Of a stretch of 64,000 bases of DNA, positions 1 to 8,786 are shown in pieces. The translations under genes and the position numbers were made by a program. The notes below the pieces were generated by a model that made no database searches, was not told where the DNA came from, and worked only from the letters and a program-made list of their open reading frames with translations. The first letter of the stretch is position 1; the number at the start of each line of letters is the position of its first letter. Source of the stretch: a virus; IMG/VR virus record IMGVR_UViG_3300042474_001633, positions 96,283-160,282 of that record, one strand, 5' to 3'.

Positions 1-1
1 C

Positions 2-2140
2 GGAAGCGGCAAATCGACAATGAGAAAAACAGGTGAAGCAAATATTCCTGGTGTTGATTCTTCCGTACATGTCGACGCGGACGAAATCAAAACAATCATT
101 CCGGAGGCAGTCGCAGCACATGCTGCAGGCGACACCGAGTGGGCAACGGTCGTACACGAAGAGTCGCGCGTGATTGCAGACATGGCTCTTCGTGTTGCTC
201 TTGAGCAGGACAAGGATGTCGTATACGACTCAACCGGTCAGTACAACAGGGGCTTTGGGACCCTCCAAGCCGCCAAAGATGCTGGCTACGAAATCGTGGC
301 ACACTATGTGGTTGCTCCAGAAAGCGTGCTCGAAGACCGTATTGATGAAAGACAAAAGACCGACCCAAGAAAGCTCGCAAAACACATCATCTCAGCGACG
401 ATAGGCCGAAACTTCTCCATTATTCCAGATGTTGCCAAAATGGCTGATGAGTTCTACTTATGGGGTTGGGACGGAGATTCAAAGGTTCTACTTGCAAGAA
501 AACAAAAAGGTGGCACGGTAGAGATTCTCGATACGCGAGCCTTTGCTCACGCAAACTTCTTTAACGACCACTCAGATAATCAACTCCTCGATAGGCCAGA
601 CTTGTCTCAATTCCCAGACATCAGGCCTCGTCGTTATGCGTCGAAGCAGTTGTACCAGGTCCATCAGATGTTTGCTGATGGAAGAACTGTTTCGGAAATC
701 GCAGAAGAAACAAAGATGACAAAGCGAGCAGTATTTGACACCCTGACCAAGGACGAGATTCTGAGTATCCCGTATGAAGAGCCACCAGCTCCAAGGACTC
801 TTCCAAAGAGCAATATCGGTCGTCCAGCATCGGAATACACGTATTCAGACGATTATTACTACGACGAATCAACTGGTGGTTACTACAACCCATTCCAGGC
901 TGATGATGAGCCTAATCCATTCTGGTTCGACGACCAGGGAATGAATCCTGTGCCTGGAGACATCGAAAGCCCTCTCACAGAAATTGCGATGGCTGACCCC
1001 TGGATGACAAACGTATTGGAAAATGCAGAGCAGTCAAAACCATACAGAGATATTGTCTCTAAATACCTTGCGGGCGATATCGATGATAATGAGCTGGCCG
1101 ATGCGCTCGGCGGGTTTGGACTAGACAATCAGCTTGACTACATTAAAGCAAATGCCTTCGACATAGCTGAAGTCTTTCCATTTGATGACGAAAAACTTGA
1201 CCCAATGACAGATGATGAAGTCACTCAATTTGCGCAGGACGTACTCGGTGATGCAATAACACAACAGACAGAAGACGTATTTTCTGAAATGTCCGCAACA
1301 GGAATAAAGCCGACCGACGCGCTTGGTAGAGCATGGGCCTACAACTATGGAATACCGATGAATTTTATGAAGAGCGCGTTTTCTAAATATAATCGCAAGG
1401 GGACGATTGCCGGCAAGATGGATAGTGATAATCCTTTTGGCGACATGTCAAAAACTCTCGATGACCTAGATGATGAGTTACAGGGATACCTGCAAGATGA
1501 CGACCTGTTCGGACAGACGATAAAGCATCCGCTCCTATTCTGGATAGGTCCGGTTACACCTAACATGATTGACTACATCAACAAGGGAATCGAAGCAAAG
1601 CGAGAAAGCCTCGATAGAGCCTTCAAGGCTAAGAACTGGTCCAGCTATATCTACACGCATGAACGTCCATATCGAATTGATGCATTTGAAGAAGTAATGG
1701 ACGAAATGACAGATGAGCAATATTGGGAAAATCTTTCAAGCATCTGGGTTGATAGTGAAAGCATCGGAATGGAATCTGACAGATGGCTTGAGCTTCTCCA
1801 GAGCAATCGCGGCTCCCGTGATTTCTTCATGAACGATGACGAGCGAGCGGAGCTTGGAAAACTTCCCAACAAATTTACCGTGTACCGTGGGTACTCAAGT
1901 GGCGACCCGGAGGAATTCGGTATGTCGTGGAGCACCAGTAAGGACGTGGCTGAATGGTTTGCGCGCAGGTTTGCCAGAGACGAAGACGACATAGTTCTGG
2001 AAGAACTTCAGGTTGCCAAGGAAGAAGTATTTGCTTATTTGACACGTCGCAGTGAGAAAGAAATAATTCTTGACATGCGCGTTGCTAAGAAAAATATGGT
2101 GAAGCGCACTAAACTCGGTCCAAAAAGCAGGGGGGAATAG
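2..2140 (+). CDS. Polyvalent protein, 5'-truncated: zeta-toxin-like P-loop kinase, HTH, acidic linker and C-terminal ADP-ribosyltransferase-like domain
   Basis: Frame is open from base 2 (GGA AGC GGC AAA TCG ACA = GSGKST, Walker A). Zeta-like motifs VHVDADEIK, VHEES and VVYDSTG. C-terminus has an R-S-E-type pattern (FTVYRG...MSWSTS...SEKEIIL). Confidence 0.7.
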   Translation, partial: GSGKSTMRKTGEANIPGVDSSVHVDADEIKTIIPEAVAAHAAGDTEWATVVHEESRVIADMALRVALEQDKDVVYDSTGQYNRGFGTLQAAKDAGYEIVAHYVVAPESVLEDRIDERQKTDPRKLAKHIISATIGRNFSIIPDVAKMADEFYLWGWDGDSKVLLARKQKGGTVEILDTRAFAHANFFNDHSDNQLLDRPDLSQFPDIRPRRYASKQLYQVHQMFADGRTVSEIAEETKMTKRAVFDTLTKDEILSIPYEEPPAPRTLPKSNIGRPASEYTYSDDYYYDESTGGYYNPFQADDEPNPFWFDDQGMNPVPGDIESPLTEIAMADPWMTNVLENAEQSKPYRDIVSKYLAGDIDDNELADALGGFGLDNQLDYIKANAFDIAEVFPFDDEKLDPMTDDEVTQFAQDVLGDAITQQTEDVFSEMSATGIKPTDALGRAWAYNYGIPMNFMKSAFSKYNRKGTIAGKMDSDNPFGDMSKTLDDLDDELQGYLQDDDLFGQTIKHPLLFWIGPVTPNMIDYINKGIEAKRESLDRAFKAKNWSSYIYTHERPYRIDAFEEVMDEMTDEQYWENLSSIWVDSESIGMESDRWLELLQSNRGSRDFFMNDDERAELGKLPNKFTVYRGYSSGDPEEFGMSWSTSKDVAEWFARRFARDEDDIVLEELQVAKEEVFAYLTRRSEKEIILDMRVAKKNMVKRTKLGPKSRGE

Positions 2141-2142
2141 CC

Positions 2143-2337
2143 GTGGCGAAAAAATCAAAACCTAAAGACGACTCAAATAACCCAATAGATGCAATCATTT
2201 TTGCGGCGTCTACATATAAAAAACTTGAGGAAGTTGGGGTGGACCCATCTCCAGCAAACATGGCTTTGTACAGAAAAATAAAAAGTCAAGTTGCAAAAAT
2301 TAGAGACTCTGGTCAAGGGGTTGTTTTACCAAACTGA
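2143..2337 (+). CDS. Hypothetical protein
   Basis: 64-aa ORF 2 nt after the upstream stop, with a GGGGG SD-like sequence. Confidence 0.6.
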   Translation: MAKKSKPKDDSNNPIDAIIFAASTYKKLEEVGVDPSPANMALYRKIKSQVAKIRDSGQGVVLPN

Positions 2338-2485
2338 ATTTATGTAGTAGTTATCAAAACATCCACTACACACAACAATTAGTTTGATACTGTAGGTACT
2401 AGACATATAAGGCTGGGTGCTCACCTGAGTCGAAGTGTTATGAATTCCAAACCAACTTCAAGACTCTAAAATAAGGAGAGTTAAA

Positions 2486-3826
2486 ATGTCATCGCACGAT
2501 GAATCAAGAGTGAAGGAGCTGCAAACAGCACTCCGCACAAAAATGGCTGAGAACAAGGCAATTGCCGATTCGTTCAAGGTCGAGGAAGGCACCGTAGTTG
2601 TGTCTTCAGAGCAGAAGACTGCGTTCGATAAGAACATGTCTGATATCCGCGAAATCAAGGGCCTCATTGAGGGTCTTGAGCAAATGAATGAAGTGTCAAG
2701 CTGGGGCAACTCAGAGTCCACATCATCGATTGCTCAGGCTCACGCTGCTGGCGCTGCTGACATCAATCAGCTGACATCGCGCGAAATCAAGACCATTGGT
2801 CAGATGTTCGTCGAGTCAAATGAGTTCAAGTCATTGGCTGGTGGTCGTAACGGCGCAAACATGGTTGCACCATGGCAGATTGCCGCATCGATGACCTCGT
2901 ACAACGTCAAGGACGTCTATTCGGCTTTGCCATCAGGTACACCTGGTTCGTTCGGCACAATCCAGAGAGACCCAATCGTCACTCCTCCAACCCGCACGAA
3001 GCGCGTCCGCGACCTGTTCCCAGTTCGCACGACATCAGCTGCCGTCATTGAGTACTTCCGCCAATTGGGCTTCACAACCCTCTCGGGCGGTGGCACAAAC
3101 AATGCGGCTGCAGTTGCCGAGCGTTCAGCTTCAGCAACGTTTGGCCTCAAGCCACAGTCGTCGTTCCAGTTCGTTGGTGAGCAGGCTCCAGTTCGCACTC
3201 TCGCGCACTGGGAAGCAGCACACCGTAACGTTCTTGCCGATGAGCCGCAGCTTCGCAGCATCATCGACAATGAGTTGATGTACGGCCTCCGTCTCCTCGA
3301 GGACAACCAGATTCTGAACGGCAACGGCTCGGGTGAAAACCTGACCGGCGTTCTTCAGACAGCTGGCATCCAAGACTACGACTGGTCGGCTGGTGCAAGT
3401 ACTCCAGTAGTAGACACCAAGGCAGATGCACTTCGCCGCGCGGCAACCTTGTCCTTCTTGGCTTACTATGAGCCAACGGGCATCGTTCTTCACCCGAACG
3501 ATTGGGAAGACATCGAATTGACCAAGGATGCAAACGGCCAGTACCTGGTCGCTGTATCAGTGGCAATGGGTGGCGAGCCACGAGTGTGGAGAATGCCAGT
3601 TATCGATACCCCAGCAATGACCGAGGGCACAGCTCTCGTCGGCGCCTTCGGTACCGGTGCTCAGCTCTACGACCGTGAGCAAGCAAGCATCCGAATCAGC
3701 GAACAGCACTCGGACTTCTTCATCCGCAACGCAATTGTCATCTTGGCAGAGCAAAGACTTGCTCTTGCTGTCAAGCGACCAGAAGCGTTCGTGAAGGTCA
3801 CGTTCGACAGTGCACCAGAGGCCTAA
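2486..3826 (+). CDS. Major capsid protein, HK97 fold
   Basis: N-terminal coiled-coil delta-like region, then HK97-family motifs (RVRDLFP, QILNGNG, IVLHPNDW, KDANGQYL, FIRNAIVILAEQRLALAVKRPEAF). AAGGAG SD. Confidence 0.93.
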   Translation: MSSHDESRVKELQTALRTKMAENKAIADSFKVEEGTVVVSSEQKTAFDKNMSDIREIKGLIEGLEQMNEVSSWGNSESTSSIAQAHAAGAADINQLTSREIKTIGQMFVESNEFKSLAGGRNGANMVAPWQIAASMTSYNVKDVYSALPSGTPGSFGTIQRDPIVTPPTRTKRVRDLFPVRTTSAAVIEYFRQLGFTTLSGGGTNNAAAVAERSASATFGLKPQSSFQFVGEQAPVRTLAHWEAAHRNVLADEPQLRSIIDNELMYGLRLLEDNQILNGNGSGENLTGVLQTAGIQDYDWSAGASTPVVDTKADALRRAATLSFLAYYEPTGIVLHPNDWEDIELTKDANGQYLVAVSVAMGGEPRVWRMPVIDTPAMTEGTALVGAFGTGAQLYDREQASIRISEQHSDFFIRNAIVILAEQRLALAVKRPEAFVKVTFDSAPEA

Positions 3827-3850
3827 GCCTTAACTGATTAATAACCCGCG

Positions 3851-3900
3851 AGGGGCCCCACCAAAGCTGAAAAGCCTAGGTGGGGCCTTTCGTATTTTTG
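3851..3900 (+). terminator. Intrinsic terminator after the capsid gene
   Basis: GGCCCCACC...GGTGGGGCC stem followed by TTTCGTATTTTT. Confidence 0.75.
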
Positions 3901-3907
3901 GGGAGAT

Positions 3908-4450
3908 ATGAGAGAAGATTTTTCTTTTAAATATGTTGGATTTCTTCCTTCATTTGACGAACTCCTCAAACTAGTTGAATCATTCAGTGACGAAGATTGG
4001 CGCAGATATAAAGACAGAAAAATTAGAGGTGGTGCTGCAGCCGAGAAAACCGATACGATACCGATAATTTATAATCCGAATCCATCCGCGGATAAACTTA
4101 TCCACCACGAAATACATAATGCGATTTCAAAATACATAGAGGAGCTTCGTATTCTGTGTATTCCAATTTTTGGCGAAACCTCCGTGAGGCAGTCAATGCT
4201 AACAAACCTCAGGGCAGGGGTGGAAATAAAGCGACACAGAGACATGGGGCCAATAACGGCGAAATCCCATAGAGTTCACCTAGCTGTAAAAACAAACGAA
4301 TTATGCCTGTTTTCAGTGGCTGAAGAATCAATGAATATAGCAGCCGGCCAGGCATGGGCAATAGACAATACGGACAAATACCACTCCGTCATCAACGGTG
4401 GCACAACTGACAGAATTCACCTAATCGTCGACCTTGTCAGCGTTGGCTAG
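3908..4450 (+). CDS. Asp/Asn beta-hydroxylase-like 2OG-Fe(II) oxygenase
   Basis: HxD (IKRHRD), RVHL, HSVINGG and RIHLIVD motifs. Confidence 0.8.
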   Translation: MREDFSFKYVGFLPSFDELLKLVESFSDEDWRRYKDRKIRGGAAAEKTDTIPIIYNPNPSADKLIHHEIHNAISKYIEELRILCIPIFGETSVRQSMLTNLRAGVEIKRHRDMGPITAKSHRVHLAVKTNELCLFSVAEESMNIAAGQAWAIDNTDKYHSVINGGTTDRIHLIVDLVSVG

Positions 4451-4464
4451 AGACCTTGTAATCT

Positions 4465-4833
4465 ATGCCACAATATATACATATGAATAATCATGGATTC
4501 GAAAAGCTCATAGCAGTGCTCACAAATGGTGCCAAACTCGTGGTTGAAAAGCCCGGCGACAAGATGGGCCAGCTTGTAGATGAAGAAAGAGACCTGGCGA
4601 ATGCCCTCTTGATGATTGCGAAAAAGTACGGCAAATTCAATGAAGACCGAACCGGAATCTGGGCCGGCTATACGCCAGCAAAAGAGAATGACAACAAGAG
4701 AATCGGAGTCAAATGCTCCAATTGCGTCCTGTATCAGGGCGGCTCCTCGTGCTCAATAATTTCCATGAACGTTGAGCCAGATGGATACTGTCGTTTTGCC
4801 ATCATTCCCGACGGAGTAGTTGCCAAACGCTAA
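4465..4833 (+). CDS. Protein with a HiPIP-like 4-Cys C-terminal domain
   Basis: CSNCVLY...C...V.PDGYC pattern resembles high-potential iron-sulfur proteins. Confidence 0.5.
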   Translation: MPQYIHMNNHGFEKLIAVLTNGAKLVVEKPGDKMGQLVDEERDLANALLMIAKKYGKFNEDRTGIWAGYTPAKENDNKRIGVKCSNCVLYQGGSSCSIISMNVEPDGYCRFAIIPDGVVAKR

Positions 4834-4862
4834 TCACCACGGCGGCTAGTGTCCGCTATGAT

Positions 4863-5087
4863 TTGAAATCGCTCATAGGAGGTGGCATGGAAGACGAAAT
4901 CGTAGAAATGAAAAAGCTCATCAACGACCTCATTACGGAAGTCAATCTGCTTAAGCTAAAAAATGCAAAAATTGAAGCTGCGCAAAAAATCCTTCGCACT
5001 GACGCACTCCGAATCAAAACCATGAGTGACAAGTACCTGCCAACAATTGGCGACATGATGGGGAACAACGGAAGAAAAGGCGCTTAG
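4863..5087 (+). CDS. Hypothetical coiled-coil protein (start may be 4888)
   Basis: GGAGG SD before MEDEIVE. Confidence 0.5.
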   Translation: MKSLIGGGMEDEIVEMKKLINDLITEVNLLKLKNAKIEAAQKILRTDALRIKTMSDKYLPTIGDMMGNNGRKGA

Positions 5088-5166
5088 CTTTACTTCTGTA
5101 AAGGAACTACTGAGGGACGGCACCCTCCAATGATAGGTATCCGTCCCTCCAGAGGTCCATGTCCAG

Positions 5167-5406
5167 TTAGTTCTGCCCTGGAGCAGACTTCAACTCTTCA
5201 AGCTCACGCTGATAGAGGTCATCAAACTCGTCCTTGTAGGAATTCTGGAGGATGATGGACGCACGACGGCGGGCTTCCTGGCGTTGACGGTTGGCAATCT
5301 TGGCACGCTCTTCGCGGTCCTTGATTTCCTCCTTGGTCATCTTCTTCTTGCTACGACCTCGGCTAATGAGGCCCGCTTTCTTCAATTGCTGGTATTTGCT
5401 AGTCAT
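5167..5406 (-). CDS. Small basic hypothetical protein
   Basis: AAGGAG SD; 79 aa. Confidence 0.6.
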   Translation of the reverse strand: MTSKYQQLKKAGLISRGRSKKKMTKEEIKDREERAKIANRQRQEARRRASIILQNSYKDEFDDLYQRELEELKSAPGQN

Positions 5407-5594
5407 TTATTGCTCCTTGGTTAGGTGTACCTTCTAGCGATAGCCACTCTAACCGATGGCTACCAGTAATGCAACCTCTTTGGATAAATTTATTTCGACT
5501 CATAGCCGGCTGATGATTTTTGGACCCATAGAGACAAATGACACATCTGTGAACAGGCTTGCAAAAGCGATTTTTTTCAGATAAATTTATCCAC

Positions 5595-6059
5595 ATGAGC
5601 AAGTTCTACGATATTCCAGGAAGGCAGTTTGACTTCCAAAAAGACCTGGAATATGGCGTCCAAGGAGAATCTCTCGTAAGTGAGTTTCTTGAGGCTATGT
5701 CTGGAGGGAACTTCGAGGTAAAAAGCGACCGATACAGGAACGGTCGAATGGTGATTGAAACAAATCAAAATCCTCGGGCCGCAAAAGACGAAAACGGGAA
5801 CCCAATCTGGGTACTTAGTGGAATCAATATCACCACAGCAAAATGGTGGGTGTATATATATGCACCTCAAGGGGCATTCGTGGTGATAGACGTATCTCGA
5901 CTCAAGCGCTTTTTACGGTTAAATAGTAATAAGTTCTGCGAAGAGAAGAAAATCAACCTGGGCGGCGCCGATAATCCAGCCAGGGGGTTCCTCTTGTACC
6001 CGGAGGATGTAATGGATATGCTCTACAACCACAACTATGACGAAAAGGAAGAGAAATGA
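5595..6059 (+). CDS. PD-(D/E)XK nuclease-like phage protein
   Basis: FQKDLEYG.QGE and FEVKSD...GRMVIE motifs; start adjusted to MSKFYD. Confidence 0.55.
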   Translation: MSKFYDIPGRQFDFQKDLEYGVQGESLVSEFLEAMSGGNFEVKSDRYRNGRMVIETNQNPRAAKDENGNPIWVLSGINITTAKWWVYIYAPQGAFVVIDVSRLKRFLRLNSNKFCEEKKINLGGADNPARGFLLYPEDVMDMLYNHNYDEKEEK

Positions 6060-6319
6060 CTAATCAAAACACCGAACTACAAGTGCATCTTGGAATAACA
6101 CTTGACGATATTGACAAAGATAAGGCCATAGAAAAACTCATCGAATCTTTCCTGTATCACGAGAAAATGGCTGATTCCAGCATCGCCGCAATTAGCAGCA
6201 AATCAGAGAACTCAAAAATCAATCACAACGTACTCTGGGACTCATTTGAAACAAACAACGCCCTTGCCTTCTCGCTACGTTCAATCCTGATGGCTTCTGT
6301 TCCAGACAACAAACAATGA
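6056..6319 (+). CDS. Hypothetical protein
   Basis: ATGA-coupled to the upstream gene. Confidence 0.55.
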   Translation: MTNQNTELQVHLGITLDDIDKDKAIEKLIESFLYHEKMADSSIAAISSKSENSKINHNVLWDSFETNNALAFSLRSILMASVPDNKQ

Positions 6320-6525
6320 AAGAAAGCATAAACGTAAACGTCTCAAAGATATTTAGTTCGTTTATTGATGAGGAACGCTGTGTGATGCATCGGAATACCA
6401 CAGACATGCTGATAAACCATATAAATCTATCCAACGAAGATTTGGACCGGCTAATTTTGCAGGGTGAGCACATCGTTAAAGCACGAGACGCACAAGCATT
6501 TCGCTTCAAGGACTGCTCTAACTAA
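6316..6525 (+). CDS. Hypothetical protein
   Basis: ATGA-coupled to the upstream gene. Confidence 0.45.
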   Translation: MKESINVNVSKIFSSFIDEERCVMHRNTTDMLINHINLSNEDLDRLILQGEHIVKARDAQAFRFKDCSN

Positions 6526-7074
6526 TTAACAGTCAATTAATCAAAAGTGATGCCAATAGTGGCTTGTGAAGCCATACACTAGTGCGCTCAATACAAAAGA
6601 AAGAAACGCGCACATGTCTGTACTCAATGAACTCATCCTTGCACTTAGAAAAGAACGCAAAAGTAGCTCGAGGCTCCACGACAGGGCGTCTATCGAAATG
6701 CGGGTTCGCAAAAGAGAGCACGACTTCTTCCTGAGTGGACGTCACACGTATTCAGCGAACACTCAGACAATTGGATAAATCTATCCGAAACTAAGTGAGC
6801 TAAAAAAATCTCACGCGCGCTCCCCCCCACCCGGCCGGTAGCCGGAAAGTTTGCAATCGGGGCTATCAGGTGAGACAACCAAACAGCCTTACCGACCGTT
6901 GCATTTATTGCGTTTAGATTCCTGACAGTGCAAGCAACAACTTACAAAACATCATCCAGAATATTGTCCAGATTACTGCTGACTATATAAGCTAGTTTTT
7001 GCTATAACAAACGACAACCATATAGCCAGACTGTTGCTTCGTCCAAATATACAAACGTCAGACTTGCTGCTGTG

Positions 7075-7713
7075 TTAATCGAATATCTGACAATAAAAGC
7101 CCGACTCAATTAGTCCGTGTGACAAAGTGTTGTAGAACTCTTGTGCATCGAATGGTTCTTGCTCTTGCTCTATCGAACTAATTACCTTGCTAAACATATT
7201 GGGATACTTGCCGTCCTGTGACCGCACCATTGTTGAGCCAGGTTCGTACTCCTCATCAGCCCATACGACCATACGTGGCACGTCATACTTGTAGGTCTTG
7301 ACCACGAATGTCACACGCTCTACGTCCACATGCATGACCGTTAGGCACTCGCCTACGTTGTACTCAGGGTCGACGAACGCCTCCCTCAACTCGACACCCT
7401 TTGTCAATGAAGGGTCATGGCTTACGTATGCCTCGGATACCAGAGTAAACTCGTCGATGCCCCAGCCCTTACGGGTGACCAAAGCAGCAGTCGCTATAGC
7501 ATCGAAGCGTTGCTCTGGTGTTGCCTTCTGTATGTCAGCCCTCAGCTGCATCATCAGCTTGAGTCTGTCGTCCTTCCAGCAGAAGATACTGATAGGTAGG
7601 TCCTCGCCTATGCCGAACTCTTTGACCGACTCATTCTTTGCCTCAACACCAGACATTAAAGCCAGAGCAATCTTGTCAAGACGATTATAGAATGAATCCA
7701 ACCTCACACTCAA
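7075..7713 (-). CDS. Hypothetical protein (possible distant paralog of 34280-35293)
   Basis: 212-aa ORF with a TTGACG promoter-like sequence upstream. Confidence 0.7.
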   Translation of the reverse strand: MSVRLDSFYNRLDKIALALMSGVEAKNESVKEFGIGEDLPISIFCWKDDRLKLMMQLRADIQKATPEQRFDAIATAALVTRKGWGIDEFTLVSEAYVSHDPSLTKGVELREAFVDPEYNVGECLTVMHVDVERVTFVVKTYKYDVPRMVVWADEEYEPGSTMVRSQDGKYPNMFSKVISSIEQEQEPFDAQEFYNTLSHGLIESGFYCQIFD

Positions 7714-7771
7714 CGCTACATCACGTCAAGGTTCCGCCAGAAGTGCCTACGGGTGTACTAGCGTTTACGCC

Positions 7772-7999
7772 ATGACAACAAAGAAAACATCCAGCAATAA
7801 GACAACGAAGAAGGCAGCGCCAAAGAAGAAGGCTGTTGCCAAGAAGAAGACTCCTGCAAAGAAGAAGCCAGATGCAGCCAAGGTTGAAGAAACCGTTGTT
7901 GTGCCTGTCGTCAAGCAAGAGCCAGCAGTTGTTATCTACGCAGGTGATGTAAAGAACCCCAAGACGAAGCGTCGCTTCCTCAGCTGGTTCAAGTTCTAA
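7772..7999 (+). CDS. Lys/Ala/Pro-rich histone-like small protein
   Basis: KKAAPKKKAVAKKKTPAKKK repeats. Confidence 0.6.
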   Translation: MTTKKTSSNKTTKKAAPKKKAVAKKKTPAKKKPDAAKVEETVVVPVVKQEPAVVIYAGDVKNPKTKRRFLSWFKF

Positions 8000-8383
8000 C
8001 TAGAACTCATCATCTTCTAGTTCAGCAAAGTCCCTCTTGTCTCTGTGAGCAAGAAGGTCGACTGCTTGTAGGCCGTTGCTGGTTATGCGCCAAGCTCCCT
8101 CATACACGCTTTCCGCAAAACCCCTGCGCTCAAGAGTCCTTAGGATTCGAGCTGCATCAGAGGGGCCCTTGAAGAATCGAGGGAACATGTCCTTTGTTTG
8201 CTTCGCAGTAGCAGGCATGCCACGCTTCATCTTTAAATAATGCAATACTGACTTGGTTGGTGTAGAGCCTCGCTTAATAAACACTACGGGCTTAAAGTGT
8301 GGCAATCGATTCGGTTTTGAGATTATGTATCTCGAGCGACTCTTTGTCATACTGCAGCTTATCAATTTCCTACAGAAACACAA
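8000..8383 (-). CDS. Winged-helix-like DNA-binding protein
   Basis: AARILRTLERRGFAE...WRIT..G wHTH pattern; start uncertain. Confidence 0.45.
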   Translation of the reverse strand: MCFCRKLISCSMTKSRSRYIISKPNRLPHFKPVVFIKRGSTPTKSVLHYLKMKRGMPATAKQTKDMFPRFFKGPSDAARILRTLERRGFAESVYEGAWRITSNGLQAVDLLAHRDKRDFAELEDDEF

Positions 8384-8401
8384 CAGGTGTAGAATTGTCG
8401 A

Positions 8402-8719
8402 ATGTCAGACATGTTCTATTCGCAAGACACAATCTATGGCGATATCCAATTCCATAGAGCAACTAGGGAACCTTGCCTGGTCTGTGGACACCCTACGGGT
8501 GACTGCACACCAGAAGACCACAACCCACAGGATATCCACATAGCATTCGCATCAGTCGAATCTGCAACGCTTAGCGACATTCGCACAATATACGTCGACG
8601 AAGATATTTGGGGAGAAAGACAGATTACTCCTTTCACGACTGCTAGGGTACTGCTCGCAAGAAAGGGACAACAAGTCACGCTTGAAAAAGCTAAAGAGTT
8701 GGGAATAGAAATCAACTAG
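8402..8719 (+). CDS. Hypothetical protein with CxxC
   Basis: PCLVCGHPTGDC. Confidence 0.6.
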   Translation: MSDMFYSQDTIYGDIQFHRATREPCLVCGHPTGDCTPEDHNPQDIHIAFASVESATLSDIRTIYVDEDIWGERQITPFTTARVLLARKGQQVTLEKAKELGIEIN

Positions 8720-8786
8720 ACGCATGACTTTGTTTTCTCATATAAACTTGTAAACCCACTCAATCCCTACGTAAAGGAAATTAATA

